Positions 38,401-39,996 of a stretch of DNA of 64,000 nucleotides are shown piece after piece. A program made the position numbers and the translations under genes. Position 1 is the stretch's first letter, and every line of letters begins with the position of its first letter. The notes under the pieces were generated by a model. It saw nothing but the letters and a program-made list of their open reading frames with translations, ran no database searches and was not told the DNA's origin. Source of the stretch: an uncultured bacterium. Its GTDB lineage: Bacteria > Verrucomicrobiota > Verrucomicrobiia > Verrucomicrobiales > DEV007. The stretch is from NCBI GenBank assembly GCA_963977015.1, contig CAXBMO010000014.1, forward strand, positions 111,784-175,783. The letters are read 5' to 3'.

Positions 38401-39996
38401 CAACTGGATGTGAGCGGCTCGATCGCGCTCAATGCTTCCGGCACGGCGACGATCGTCAACGCGACCGGAATCGTCTTCCGCGATTCCACGACCGGCGGAG
38501 ATCTCACCGCAACGGCCACCACAGGTGATCTGAACATCGGACCAGGCGTCACCCTGACGTCCACCGGTGGCGGAATTATTCTGAGCGCCGATGGAACACT
38601 CCTCTTCGATGCGGCGGCCAATCTGAATGCCGCGGGCAATGTGGAAATCAGCCTGGACCAGGGGCCGAAGGATGACACCGGCGTGATCGTGCAATTCTTT
38701 GGTCAGGTCGATGCCGCAGCGGCGATCATCAGCGGCGGCGAAGATCCGGACCTGTTCCGGGTTCAGCCGAGTGCGATTACCGAGATTACGGTGAGAGGTG
38801 GCGATCCGAAGACGCTGCCTGGCGATGCCCTGTTGTTGCTGGAGGACATGAGCCTGGCCAGCAGCGGGATCGATGGAACGGGAGCCTCGTTCGGCACTTA
38901 CACCGCGACCGGGTTTGCGCCAGTGCACTTCAACAGCATCGAGTCCGACGACCTGGTGCCTTCGCTTGCGGGCACCAATGGGGCGTTGCTGACGCATGGG
39001 GTGGGGCAGGGGCCGATCGCGGTGTTCCCGGACTTGATCATTCGGGACGCGATTCTCGTGACCGAAGCGGTGGTGCAGTTTGCCGGGCGCTACATTCCGG
39101 GTGAAGACCAGCTTACCTCGCTGGGATTGGGCTCGAACATGACGCAAACCTGGGATCGGGCCAGCGGAACCCTCTTGATCAGTGCCGGGCCGGGAGGAGT
39201 CAGTGTGACCGCGATGGAGCGAGCCCTACGCAGCGTGGTATACATCAACAAGAACGGGAGCAACCCGACACCGGGCGCGCGAAGCATCTCGGTGGTGCTG
39301 CAGGACGGAGTCGATCAGAGCAACTCGCTGGTCAACACCGTCATCCAGAAAGGCGTCGAAACCGATGCGCAAAACGACCCTGCCGCAACCGCCGGGACGC
39401 AGACCACGTTACCGGGGGCGGGAGCCGGTGCCGGAGCCGATGGCGAACTGGCCCAGCTTCTGGAAGTGCTGAGCCGATACGGCGACGATGGCGTGTTTGC
39501 CGGATTCCAGATTGATGCATTGGAGGGGTACCAATTCGTCAACGGCCAGCTGATTGGTCCGGACGGCAACCGTCTGGATCTGGGGACGGTTACCAGCGGC
39601 CAGAGCAGCGTTTTGGCGGGGCTTCCGCCGCTCTCGACCCTGACCCCGTTCTTCGCGGGTAGTTCAGCGGTTGGGGCGCAAGTCACGGTCACAATCAGTG
39701 ATGGTGCTGGCGGGTTCAGCTACACCATGACGGTGCAAGCTGACGCGGCGGGGAACTGGGCGGCAGCCTTCCTCGGGGTGAGCCTCGAGGACCGGGCTTA
39801 CACGGTCACAGTCCAAGAAACTTCGCCCATCCTGAGCATGTATGATACGGGGAACTCGATCTTCCGGGTCGGCTCCTTCCGTGGCGGAATTCTGCCGAAC
39901 GGGGATGACGACGAAGACTTGAACCTGGGCGACATTTTCGGAATGATCATCGACACGACAATTCCCGAAGAAGCCATGGCAAAGCTCGCAGAATAA
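2437..39996 (+). CDS. Giant (12,519 aa) LEPR-XLL-type extracellular repeat protein or adhesin with metallopeptidase motif, autotransporter-associated beta-strand repeats, LamG-like, MAM and lectin-like domains
   Basis: Uninterrupted 37,560-nt ORF. MEQLEPRILYSA near the N-terminus; HEQGHILGLDH...SVM; repeats of type LTKxGxGTLxLxGxNTYxGxTT; many TxGxQTYxxAVTL repeats; acidic, Gly/Thr/Asn-rich composition. Confidence 0.95.
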   Translation: MTPSILKRLQAILNRDSGSQRQLQMEQLEPRILYSAAPVEAAPEAEMSSEPAQNAPAAAPADESSHAADPAPAQGENSAASILETEVVVLPETTEAADSTYPGGEASGDVAAGNELDQQMLENIAAAAADRWAESGLSAEQSAALSNVVYEIADLSGNHLGAAEGNVVTIDIDAAGHGWFVDETPLQDEEFVADIGTPTRLFSTDPNGRMDLLTVLLHEQGHILGLDHEETNASSVMYDTFWADERVLIDEGQAAGAVAGSLEGIHSATTDTVIAGYDFDDGTDDDGTATVTAGEADNATAAVTVKNANVTASDFSVGAGLKFLINQDNGNSNFSDLDAEGNEFGTENGFEFGGAQNAFEFTDMDNNNNLGLAITNDDYMAFTVTPDERYEMDLSNFTFLSRVNNTNNSAERWALFSSIDGFAEGDQIGEGRNNGNDGQYNAFTVGLSDPKFQNLTEATEFRLYIYGGNQTSNSATLFDKVIVNGTTVPTVVYVDDNWAAGGSDPQSNGQAITDADLGTSSDQGAVYGDNGFATVEAALAAVADGGTVIINQGTYAENLNLSKAVTFQVTGPNVEQTATISGEISGVEALTKSGSGTLVVSGDNTYSGGTTISQGTLSTTTNSTALGTGTVNMNGGILRTTVSLGNEISLNDVTTTTSNTIEVDGNYHVLSGKVTGAGGLTVGKVGGGNDGLALSNSANDFQGDLTITGSSAFLRLDTDGVIPDTANVLVGNGAALRLEGDARTETIAGLSGGGRIFAVNSGGGATLIVGAGDATSEFSGQIGGGGANNKNISLEKIGNGTFTLAGTTSDYTGTTTITSGILRADAADVVATSGALGVGNITFSGGTLQYTVNSAGTDYSARIVDSSSAITLDTNGQEVTLSNDFASTNTGGLTKLGTGTLTVEFPDTGSYDGLTRVDGGELKVLNDDGALQRWRAGNFEINNGSTLEIGGDDTTVFQGLTWTFDSNGGGTVNLVGNTIFQTNNNTFVTTGGLKNTISGVRYNLQNSNTINYNVAQGTDVSGIDLEVSARHDRGSIVKTGLGTVALTDTTNNLRSDNTITINAGALEIAEGGRLSNGNWDGAIINDGIFRHNSSADQTLSGVISGTGTLEMSGSGEMTLSGVNTYTGATDVNSGTLTVGGEIGNGGPAGVVTVASGAFLAGSGTIRAQVDASAGSIIPGGVGSAGALTVDGVLNFGTGSTTGVFSAELDSGSNDSIVVTGAVNLTDVTLNPLTIGGFVATDGAQVTLIDNQQSGVAVTGTFNGLADGAEITELASGDIKAYISYFGGDGNDVTISFIDTVTPGTVTVADNPNLDFDTTFTFQISGDTLQVLANGQVVDARPIAAVKNLVINGDDAIPGDEGDDTFTIDYTLDPRLLDIDITFNGGGQATAAGDTLFVTGGTFGTVTHNLTNTTDGNIHIDGDGVADITYTGLEPVDMTGSTATDFVFNLPAGANPDVVLRNSATAGEMELVGSTFESTIFTVPSGSITINGNTGADTITIESLDAAFAADIVVDVGDGTDSVTISGALDYDGDLTITAETINLNARVDTTTGDQTYNGDVVQGVTGLMRLTAANIRFNGDTTLQSGGSNEFQLLAAQVTNSAAGTFDVNGGRLKLESSTHIVNEGNFEIGTNGSVPIFGGTSARITNNGTFTHNGSQIRLYMEIINNGTMVIDNPSGTAEIQFKAPSSIGSGGVITNNGTLNISEAAARFDEAGAIVNANGGIINVTGASVTFAENLTVTNQSGGALNLNGGTVTVNDTTLTNESGGTLNLTDGTMTLTNNGAANSAGVTNFLGAGYTVNGTGTFTNQSGGVAELGSGVTVTVDGAALTNDSGGTLNLTDGTLTLTNNGAANSAGVTNFLGTSYTVNGTGTFTNQSGGVANLDSGSVTVDGTTFTNNSGGVVSFAGANLTLANTASVVNDAGGDFNLSGGAYTIDISDASSVLTNNGTTTWTAGSSGHKTITGSGTFLNEGDFIHAQGGGNDNLQLTGSLTFQNNGNFTFVDEGDVNISSGSAQFRNAGVVNKTTDPSTDPSFFFGNGDFHALAGSEVLSTVAGTRIHIATGGTSDAGAEWNADGGNIGLGSTWSGTFAGTSSNGGVLRLTDPGSSIEHNITVGTGGLTFNIGGDGVVWADAAINVNGQSLTNLGVLQIVGTGLKSLQGTMTNSGTTNVAGDITVTGGEFVNTSGSTLNFESGIVTLTGANDALRNQSGGIFEIGTSGTSILDGLGRLINDSGATITWSDGALSVRTTATFQNDGIVNFTSNSNETLYGNGEFINNGEFHHIGANTNSDNIIGYDAGTFTNNGLFAFDTRGDFQLTENYTFTNSFTGTIRKTADNNADQAQFFNNNGDTTGGVWDNEGTIEVLVGTIRVTTTASGGSFKDVSSPQVVGTELTGGTWIANPTGANNAIIDLEPAEPNGIVTIGTNATVSLSGSTGRFVQLTNFLAQIDGSLTLNSGQVLDAANDVTVSSTGTLAGNGGTIIGNITVQSGGTLSPGDGAADEGTLTVTGDLTLEGDVNIDISGDHLATGQDSISVSGAVTVGGSLNLNVDPATDFTGMVAGTEIVLISGGSLAVTDPFTGFHDGIALTIGGAEFTLDYGGVSGNDVVLTAQGVAQTSVTLDGSNNLVITDLANEDDTLSIAVGANPVSGGGGGYIITDTTQVISTAIPNAVRVSEHQVFIDFGDIAGAEIQVGTGDGTDMLTLNFGSGDATAFQQRVIFTGGESVGDNDTLTIANGVFGVVTHTATAGEAGTINLDSAGATEIEYSQLEPVDMSGSTATDFIFNLPGTVDNAQLSESGGLLTLESTDLTPTFESTTFAAPTGSITINGGAGADTLTISTAIDLTANGTSLTINSESINLNGGAVDTGAGNQRYNGVATLGADTTLIGNDVTFTNTVDSDGTARSLTTSVAGTLTLRNNIGATNALSALDTGTTGTTHIFGNTVLDNLATGPGAGLIFNFDASFDPNTEDNLVPDLAGAVGTGGVGGGPFSLLIDDSPAITFANNPSAGFAGITGAYVLPGALGGSADSQRGEAGLELQAGGADESPSDVDHAATGVPDVDVSDVTFELWIKPTDLTGDEVIWETGGGTGTGFALEDNLLAFQVISSGNNARVTYDLSGDPLTIFGGGAATDDFIQVTGTINMATDTIELFVNGTSVGSDVKPSAINDWDGGDPSGLGTVGGGNMGGYGGGAQSFRPLDGQISVFRLYSGILDQTDIQTNFSAVQAGGQTEISLRTSGDQTFGNTLSLGIATVVEGNDVTFNGTIDADPASAALGALTVNTTGGGVTDFNGVIGGTAALGGLATNADGAVTLDSTGITSVGAIDFADNFTASVNTTFDAATVTFGGTSTFLGTATINAISATFTGNATFNALTDLNIGGDLDFLAAADFNAVSDLDVSDNATFAGAVTIGGAATVDAQDITYSSTIDSTVGTNQSLTLTTTGSGVTTVDGVVGGTDALDSLVISGGSRADIGAGTIGLGGTGVLTFNTAVSLTSNLVITDDGTGDTTFNSTLDGAFALTVNTPGGGNTFFKGNVGATTALTSVTTDAIGGTEISGIPAVPNGNLLLNFDADRETAAAAGIFEGLLFGANDAERFSNMGATGITFGAAATSLGGIRSAYSFDGTSRGTSDALATLPGNPTDTDAALEFWIRPDTTNAGSTYLIYETGGSGTGTSVVYDVDTDTVTWTVDDDSVQRSVSGALGAADGEFHQVFLTYDRDNSNRDILTLYVDGVFLDDNISGTSDPDDATDVNTNSINNLDGTDGAGLGGVNNDVAATTPASTNYIGEIAKMRFYTNAVAQAGIQANYDAVANHVTTVTTSGDQTYGDAVTLANDVTISANDATFSSTVDTATGAIQAALTVNTTGGGVTTFGGAVGATGPLGNLTTNFDGRTDIAGSITTTANQTYGDAVTILADATLTGVDVTFGWTLDEGAGATGSNLTVNASGTTRFAADVGGITQLDSLATDSAGTTVFGNTLGTANELFLPLESQSGGLTADTSGNGRTGTLNGDAVIAAGTVGNAVDLDGSGDYVQVTGYRGVTGSAPRTMAAWINSASPNGDDAIMSWGLDTSGEKWVFRLASQHLRVETANGGIESNEATPITANTWHHVAAVYDGSGDHNGITFYVDGVLQGTGTNSGATVDTAESADVVIGRDSFNTTRDFDGLIDESGIWSRALSAEEIAVLAGIGTHTPVTVNTAGTQTYGDAVVLEATTTLSGTDVTASSTVGLGSSDLTVDVSGTVSGIAGEVSGSGDLTLESTAGTGVFALDNDTGNSYTGNTVVNGGSLLAENQTSGSATGIGTVTVNSGATLGGDGAVAGTVTVVGGTVSPELGLAEDLGTGSLTLDSASTVTFQINGLTPGVNAGYDQLDVTGTVDLNSDLGAGATLDLTLNAGVNPADGAIFILIDNDGDHTTDTVSGEFDGLPNGSVITLNDGTNDYVFTIHYDKETAETDTNGNNVVLVSHGIAETSVELVSNGSTLDLVITDISQESPELLDISIQNIGGTDYYVIKDTNSPELAMTTSIAAADANRISQNEIHVKVSAVTGGLIVNSDYSGDVGDNGTDVFTFSGSNAFTFAGPITVNAETINLPLDLTAGTAEDITLNGSVVLGASVKLTAANVVLADSVSLGANDLTVDVSDASSSTGGGISGTGQFIKQGVGTLTLTGTAAGNNSYTGLTHVQGGTLVLGTGFGGDGGIRGNITVENTATMRLDINNRIINSSIITVNAGGTFDFNNNGDAIGYLAGAGSIDLGSATVLLDMPNTGSGSDFSGDISGTGGLTLRGNSGGPTNRQILSGDSNYSGATTVSKGVLEIGHNNALGTAAGGTTVANDAKLEINGGAGDLTIAENITVGSGSGGIRNIAGDNTITGAVILSASADFQEDTGSLTFTGGISSTANESVNLNGTFHITNSTIDLNDGTLTVTGNGHSVAAASTIDVAGNDFALLLIHSDGYLQIGAANVLPSDADVEFGASTQILSSGTLDLNGFDQTVGSIGVNSLSMDLAGDQNITGGGVLTVNQSANTEYQGRITNGATATSLVKSGVGTLILKNLSGTATNNTGETIVNAGVLQFGDGDGAADTGSIPQGDLTVNNGGTVSMQTDAFNGFNTGRTITINDGGTVSADNSTKNAFNIGALVLNGGTLTSANGVGGPANDSGYGNWIFRGVTVGGTTQSTISATQVAIQSGGFDVADAVAGSNTDLLVSGAIIDISSGLSTITKTGVGTMTLTGANTYTGATTVTAGTFQVDGGSITQTDSIAIDAGILQVINGGSVNVTNGVTNGAGEGQLWVDDGTMTVGDGFDVDDLRVGANTGTATITVSDGDVVIGDGDGQFLIGYREDGMPVGSTVGTVDFSGADSVTISVTDVLAGYSAPVSTGSVGSSEGALTLSTSGDNTVTADNVRLGYTNSANNQGAIRTFLHLGGAANTFDVDTFVVGDLKSAATVDIVSGGTFTLSGNVNAETDLRIGDNNASGTGTNPASSHLNLAGGTFNATLDQLAIGLHNSGNGSGKGELTFEAGTVSATTIVLADTDIGGSSTNDAATQGAINLNGGVLQFGNLSNGGGTSDFNWSAGTIQNLSGQDLVNVDVDINLIGTGSHTITIDNGQTGTFQAAAQITGGAGGVLVKDGEGALSLMAANTYTAATNVDLGELVFDGGSVVATDSVAIDAGTLQVINGGSVNVSNGVTNGAGAGQLLVDEGTMTVADGFAVDTLRVGENATSDSNLTVSAGVVTIGNGAETLTIGHRGIDTGTTAAFTATVDFSAASSIDISVGDATLGTLGSSGTPDPGSEGIANGILMLSDAGTNNFTADSVLIGDSAIRGNESDTIVSAIAFGGATNNFDVDTLTVGGQKGMGQITVDAGGTLNLTGRNNAGDVVDAFLGFNVTGSTGTNSRGEIDTTGASLVATFGSLQMGRHGSGSGDGRGILMFDAGTVTADTIVLGTGAANSFGTINQGGGTFTVANGVTESRNSAINVTDGDFVVTAGGLQVDDLLVGQNSTTATLTVNAGAVVVGDGGGNFDIGRSTNATTLGTVDFSNADSVTIDVTNVRHGTNGLGSNTSEGDLTLSAAGGNSVTATSYMMGFTEGGGNQSVVSELHLGGGANDFNVDTFTVGGRKSSASIDIVAGGVLTLSGDANVAADLLIGYNDSTGTGTAPASTVDLTGGTFNATLDRLTIGLHGGGAGSGDGTLIFEAGTVTANSVILADADAGGSSSNDANTDGTLELLGGLLDVQGGSITDGGGSDVFTFTGGTLRDVLSTNFALVQNGSGSLLDIGAEDAAGTTTIGGDYTLTAGAVHFDLLGLGGPGAVDGHDQLIVNGAVNLNITDANITFDLSGYAPALGDPDIVLILNDTGSPGDAVAGFFANHPDADGAGAGTVSEAFNLNDGTNDYVFRINYAGGDGNDVVLESFGVAETEVSLDGVGNLVITDINGGLSLDDLTIQADTANSRYVISDPNLAITTTPGGGRSPVPNIVRVDGNTVYVPFASVTGSQIIVNSLGGADSLTLDTLEDFVDTVDYQAGDPTAAPGDSLTIDSSTFGTVTHNLTGPDAGNLEIGTLAGAEVTYTGLEPVDMTGSTATEYVFNLPTSGDQAQLSDIGGGNLRLESLNASFETTDFATPSGSITINGAAGDSLALSTAIDLSATNTALVFNVPTINLNGTQVSNGTADQTYNGSVTFGASQTLDAANITFQNGTTTFDGVNVTIDVTGAATSDAGNHLDFQDGDLILANGSSFVSNGTAEYRLGTGFFEFRGTGTFTNNGTFNHSAAGNSDNLELFDSFTFQNNGTYDFQERGDIRLRGTSTFNNAGLVVKSVAGTDQSFIFGLSTDGDNGTFHNLAAGEVRGNAGTLNIATGGGGANNSNISDALSTWTADGGNVQLSGFNSWEGTFNGSASGSSYITIEDNASAAGADDFEVGAAGVTFNITGNGVLWSDDDIDTNGNTVTNLGVLTVVAGETKELKGGGELVTGNGGTTTLASTVTSVGGSTFRVLAGGLLEGSGAFTGAILSEGGNVAPGISTGDVTDDLGSGNLTLDSATTFTVELGGTTENTDYDQVDVTGAVNINSNANAAGGALLDLSLVGGFAPTAGNTFTIVNNDDVDGITTTFQTMDDDRGLVELTEGSAFTADGHVFTITYLGGTGNDVVLTAAGEAETRVKIDGGNLVVEDINNESPDNLEISVQNISGTDYFVIKDVNATPLTLTTTIGTGDANRISASEIHVRVDAVTAGLEVNTANPTVGGAADAVTLDLSALPAPGSLNGAVDIEAETINLNSGIDSNASNQTYDGAVILGTDVTLNGGSVTFTETVDSDATPRALVVNTSGGGVTTFGDLVGETSALASVTTNADGTLFLGENVTTAGDQTYNEATATLTGAVTMAGVNITLGSAFSNAGNGLGVDAETIEVLNGIDGQGGLIRLNASSTTGVGVHIHTGAAVTTSGGGTISLTGTGGGVGNQGVLIEADVTTEKGNLSITGSSSGDDGVAIVGATVSTTGQGIIRISGSGGDGSSTFAVDIDGASEISTADGTIFVGTTAGSARIGGSVDSGAHALTFDSAEDLNLIDTTIVGGIIDLEADNDVNMTSATNITGPDAALGNVAILSQNFETFPNNTIELIEGWQNQWLPYESMDFVSDRSGTPSGGTGPSGDHTTGSGYYLFLETSGTVADGEYANLLSPVVDLSAETGSRVEFYYHMFGIEMGDLNVEGTSDGGATWTNVFSVSGDQGNQWNQADVDLSTFDGQSQVQLRITGTKGTGYRGDMAVDDFRFYANSGDLLVENFDSFGQGPTGNPRPQQVLPAVSEWTNVPSTIDWRTIRDNTPSGGTGASDDHTLGTSSGTYLFIETSDPVLEGQTARLLSPTIDLSQHSTASVEFWFHMWSNANPDEMGELNVYGSSDGGTNWDLLNSVSGNQGNAWHQASINLDAYAGSSQFVLRVDGVAGAVNALAATSSGYRSDISLDDFRFFGDPVANTNISITADANGDANGSGGAISMADGAEIDAGSGTVTLSADEDITVSNIATTSTITATSTSGAILDAGDSGTDLVASALVARSATGVGTAANSLDVSLNNLEADGGSGGVFLSNTGDLVLGDAGAGLGIITDGTVTIETTNDLTLAANSVVSGSRVSLLADNDVNFLSGSQIFGPTQVTILQETFDTFSEGSETPGATNILLGNGWTNVQGTDQIDWSPDAGGTPSGNTGPSADHTTGNATGRFLYTETSDPVQTGDTAILLSPVQDLSGLESASLEFYYHMWGDHMGTLEVSASTDGGATFSAPLFSTTDDLNAWQKATVDLTPFVGSANFVLRVDGIAGAVSPSGSAGYQSDMAIDDFTITGVPAIDVTVTADADGDANGSGGAIDMADGSSIVIVAGSVALNADGNVTVNSIATTGDVTITSGNGEIRDRGQTPDITGGTVTFNGNVTPGLSALGNLEVAGDLDLASDDVLSLELNGTTAGTEHDQVVVTGAVSLGDALLDLNFGFVPTTGATFTIVDNDGTDAVTGIFQTTDDDRGQVDLPEGSAFTRGGQVYTITYQGGTGNDVVLTTFGEAETEVRIDGSGNLVIDDINNESADQIDISVQNVGGTDYFVIRDVNATPVTLTTPIGAGDANRVSASEIHVRVGAVTGGLEVNTANPTRAGAVDVITVNLSGLPGSLNGDVTLNAETIEVNSDIDNTGMQIFNGAVFLGADVTLTATGDIDFKSTVDSDASARSLTTSVGGTLTFRNHVGANSQLSALDTGTTGTTHIIGSTILDNLATGDGLIFNFDASFDPNTGDNLVPDLAGAIGNSGATVSGQPFFLLIDDNPAVGFASNPSAGFAGITGAYVLPGATGDTADNQRGEAGLELQTGGVDEAPQDVDNGALGVSDVDASDATFEFWIKPTDLTGNEVIWETGGGTGTGFALEDNLLAFQVIGGSNNARVAYDLSGDPNGIFGVGAATDDFIQVIGTIDVSANSIELFVNGTSVGSAVKPSAFTDWDGGDPSGLGTVGGANMGGYGGGSQNFRPFDGQIAAFRLYSGVLTSGVGGQIENNFNVVQQGGQTEISLRTTGDQTFGNTLSLGIATVVEGNNVTFDGTIDADPASAALGALTVNTTGGGVTDFNGVVGGTTALGGLTTNADGTTTLDTNSVIASGAISLNDDTTASGDIAIDGAVVTFGATSTFNGAATVSSSGNVTFDGVTTFNDAGTVDAGNATFNAAANFLGGVADVNASGNADFNDTLTFGDTATIDAGSDATFDGVVTLGGTTTVTATNISVATAATIDSDLGNNHDLTLNASGTTDLDSEIGGIQALGSLTTDRSGQTQLDANVTVVGAGGITFGDSLVLTNDVVLNSSDVGGDVIFVSTVDGAFALAVNTPGSAATFFQADVGGSTALTSLTTDGNGIAKLGGLSPVPSGTLLLNYDADSETVLTGQTWESTPDVSGQEWNFGGAFGTGVTLVVSNSAHTGILNAYHFDGSAGVTNPGLDDLPTDPTTADATFEFWFRPEAGTDIDMIYETGGGGDGMSIVYDGNTNEVIVTIDDGNVQQQVRGGSALITNTEFHQIAAVYNRDGLGGGVDLLQLYIDGQLVDDTDPSNLFDATSVTATTGAAGTDEITLNSTTTSAQITVEYVDGGAGATLAVAESNNTVTVTFEAGVTTADQVVALINAENGGSGVALTAGGFLTASGVDTGFLAAQAGVALRDPVDTAQTTTGLDDWAGTDDASLALGGANVADATPANTNFEGDIAKFRFYGNAIGAAGIQANYVAVTANTMDVITTGDQLYGGAVQLQNHTVLTGNNVTLSGTVDSCDADHDLDLTVNTTGGGVTTFGGDVGGNFELGNLTTNADGHTVVAANITANGASGGDIRFGDAVLLGADTTMTQNGDTTSRVLFLSTVDAVDGVSANLTVNTPNGAVTQFGGNVGSDALGALSNDSGLASITTDAAGTTLFEVGGAIKNGATFNYDAAAVSNDGSPAVWESGGDPAYNATISNLGTDVTLEDVSGSTARPGITHAYRFNDNGVTTNGTGATLLDLDPFSTADATFEFWLRPNNTGDATQVIYETGGTTDGSGFWYETATSTLNWTVDDLSTQRTVSAVISTTEFSQIVGVYKLDAAGNNDHLELYVNGQLVDTSTDATALNDFSGTDDASLGTVNGAVGEGVATGQFNGDIAVFRFYESAMSANEVIGNFVALAGAEAVSGTTITVATSGNQTYNDNVVVGADVTLSAQDVTTVQTVDLQSNELTVAVTGTGGQATGDITGSGNLIMDGSGTFTLANATGNTYTGETTIREGTLVATHDDSLGTTDAGNLTIESGGTLGLTGGITIPAHETITLVFDGTGDATIENISGDNFVEAPINVQLGVLGDLQLLSSDGAGTLTINGDIELQQAGILADGDGDTILNGNVASTVTEFANLGEVGQVLNVGGTPQTLTFAGTYVNPVIVALAEQGSATNLTVDPNAVEVRIFNVDAIAGTFQIQLDVPPGANNANPPALETVNYLVVEAGTYTLDDGTVIQAGTVDASPSADESVSFGAGVFGTTPIAMTQLMSQNDASFVKPRHRAGIDANGFAFFLEEAEGQAQHPTSETVGYIAITPTAAAGSTTGAGLLFEAGTTPNAVTHAQFSVTLQNTYGAPPIFIGDQQTIDGVDPSGVRFRYNGNGVQVFTDEDRSSDTETSHADEVVGFVAFANTGLLQSTNERDNQLTKNGTGNLIINGTADFQDGTLHNVGTLTVDGTLSGDTVNIASLATLTGGGTVDAPVFSDDADSNIVASGNLTLGDGSADGFDFGGVLTVGGNTVTIVDSDDGLLGRSTTIDGGTLTAANGLAMSTDDVLSGQGTVDSTLDLNEGTVTPGDTGDITNTLNIRDIDLGTGEFVVDIDTDAVGEHDLLDITGTVNPNGATLTVQDLGNVALGTQILVINNDGMDPVTGTFAGLPEGTTFTAPTGQDFTISYVGGDGNDVVLYRGAAETSVSFNSATGELTISDITNDSTDTLEVTFDALAQTYTIRETADTSLVIGTTGLSGAQLSRPDANTVVINANPGNNGVAVQSLTVKTTGPDTTTIGVEDDDIVTLLTPNGPLSLTGDVAITADDVVFAANAQIDQSAGSGAVTVTADRSITMNAGAAITTADGAIALTAAGNGSGNFVGIDLTDTTITTADGAISLDGTGSGVNNNRHGVFLAGTTAIEATDSGTIDITGQGGGDRTSNRGILVEAGSSVEVVNGDLTMIGTGGPGGDPVPNNNNRGIEVNGRVATSGTGNISLTGQGGGASTGDAANNNQGVDLSGAGALITSTGAGNISVIGIGGGSAAADGETNEGIRITTAGAAISSTGTGTITLSGTAGGGRENNRGILINDGTSVTSVTGAIDITGIGGGGFADSDSNDGVQVDGVIQSTGSATIDIEGTGGISANHDDFNFGISLGSATALITSLNGNINLMGTGGGTLTAASANNDGIRIDTAGATISSTGTATITLTGGGGNADDSNRGIRLLEGTVVTSATGDITLTGTGGGTGVLDNSNRNIGIEADGTISSTGTNAATAATVTLIGFGGGGGGNNNDNNTGVEISSATGTVTSVAGNISVTGTGGGNGGSNGGQNDGVRISEGGSVLSTGTLTNAASITITGTAGANGGDDPDDDEGVIIMDADSRISSIDGNVTIDGTGEDGVELAAGVTAPLSVTGAGNIDICGHSTAPNLAAGQVGVQIDSPILSGTGTVTIASDDHVTFGADGDVTSTSETVTIQADKAGATNGGQVFMADDSLIDAGAGAIDVDADGHITLGGLQTTSSVTVDSASGSILDGGDTHDPDIIAATAVLSAAIDVGTLANPLETQLSNLEGTASTGDFSINNTGALELGGASGSASGVSAGGDLQIVNDLGITDSETVTVGGEAQFTTTQNGSDLNLNQLAVTGLIGLSTTGADSDATIVNATVIDFKATNVGGNLAATATTGGIGQSAGLDVDGTTALAVGTDNIDLSNVGNDFTGAVSIVSAQDVTLVDANGIDLGASTISGNLDVTSSSGDITDSGTVSISGTADLTTSNGNIITDQLDVSGSIALNASGTATIVNATGIVFRDSTTGGDLTATATTGDLNIGPGVTLTSTGGGIILSADGTLLFDAAANLNAAGNVEISLDQGPKDDTGVIVQFFGQVDAAAAIISGGEDPDLFRVQPSAITEITVRGGDPKTLPGDALLLLEDMSLASSGIDGTGASFGTYTATGFAPVHFNSIESDDLVPSLAGTNGALLTHGVGQGPIAVFPDLIIRDAILVTEAVVQFAGRYIPGEDQLTSLGLGSNMTQTWDRASGTLLISAGPGGVSVTAMERALRSVVYINKNGSNPTPGARSISVVLQDGVDQSNSLVNTVIQKGVETDAQNDPAATAGTQTTLPGAGAGAGADGELAQLLEVLSRYGDDGVFAGFQIDALEGYQFVNGQLIGPDGNRLDLGTVTSGQSSVLAGLPPLSTLTPFFAGSSAVGAQVTVTISDGAGGFSYTMTVQADAAGNWAAAFLGVSLEDRAYTVTVQETSPILSMYDTGNSIFRVGSFRGGILPNGDDDEDLNLGDIFGMIIDTTIPEEAMAKLAE
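2509..2547 (+). other. LEPRxLL-type N-terminal signature of giant repeat proteins
   Basis: QLQMEQLEPRILYSAAP follows a short basic N-terminus with no hydrophobic signal-peptide core. It matches the known LEPR-XLL / planctomycete extracellular motif. Confidence 0.85.
2780..3240 (+). other. Metzincin/matrixin-like zinc metallopeptidase domain within the giant protein
   Basis: DLLTVLLHEQGHILGLDH (HExxHxxGxxH at 3088-3120), followed by a Met-turn-like SSVMY and preceded by IDIDAAGHGWFVD. Boundaries approximate. Confidence 0.8.
7727..8070 (+). repeat. Near-identical tandem duplication with 201-nt (67-aa) period inside the giant gene
   Basis: CTCAATTTGACCGACGGAACC starts at 7741 and again at 7942; SGGTLNLTDGTxTLTNNGAANSAGVTNFLGxxYTVNGTGTFTNQSGGVA occurs twice. 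Confidence 0.9.
11100..12360 (+). repeat. Long internal repeat, copy 1 (contains LamG-like domain 1); copy 2 at about 28450-29720
   Basis: Shared LIFNFDASFDPNTxDNLVPDLAGA, TFExWIKPTDLTGxEVIWETGGGTGTGFALEDNLLAFQVI and QTEISLRTxGDQTFGNTLSLGIATVVEGN; DNA similarity is also obvious. Confidence 0.9.
13090..14990 (+). other. LamG/concanavalin-A-like domains 2 and 3 in the giant protein
   Basis: ALEFWIRP...FHQVFLTYD...LTLYVDG...YIGEIAKMRFY (about 13090-13860) and RTMAAWI...TWHHVAAVYD...TFYVDG...FDGLIDESGIWSRALSAEEI (about 14345-14990). Confidence 0.85.
23520..24200 (+). repeat. Internal repeat, copy 1; copy 2 at about 27710-28370
   Basis: FQTxDDDRGxVxLxEGSAFT...TITYxGGTGNDVVLT...GEAETxVxIDG...DINNESxD...ISVQNxxGTDYFVIxDVNATP...GDANRxSASEIHVRV occurs in both; a more diverged third copy lies at about 15480-16070. 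Confidence 0.85.
25165..27375 (+). other. Three MAM domains in the giant protein (about 25165-25685, 25690-26275, 26810-27375)
   Basis: Each has TPSGxTG[PA]SxDHTxG...[YF]L[FY]xETS...AxLLSP...EF[YW][YF]HM[FW]...MGxLxV...[GL]NxW...[GS]D[MI][AS]xDDF, the characteristic MAM pattern. Confidence 0.85.
28450..29720 (+). repeat. Long internal repeat, copy 2 (contains LamG-like domain 4)
   Basis: Matches 11100-12360 at protein and DNA level, e.g. DWDGGDPSGLGTVGGxNMGGYGGGxQxFRPxDGQI. Confidence 0.9.
30520..32880 (+). other. LamG-like domains 5 and 6 in the giant protein
   Basis: ATFEFWFRP...IYETGG...FHQIAAVY...LQLYIDG...FEGDIAKFRFY (about 30520-31605) and ATFEFWLRP...IYETGG...LELYVNG...FNGDIAVFRFY (about 32145-32880). 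Confidence 0.85.
33510..34370 (+). other. Three-repeat H-type-lectin-like module in the giant protein
   Basis: Three ~90-aa units, each with a TYxxP/FGTTP-like start and ending ETVNYLVV, ETVGYIAI or EVVGFVAF. The fold is assigned from motif memory only. Confidence 0.5.
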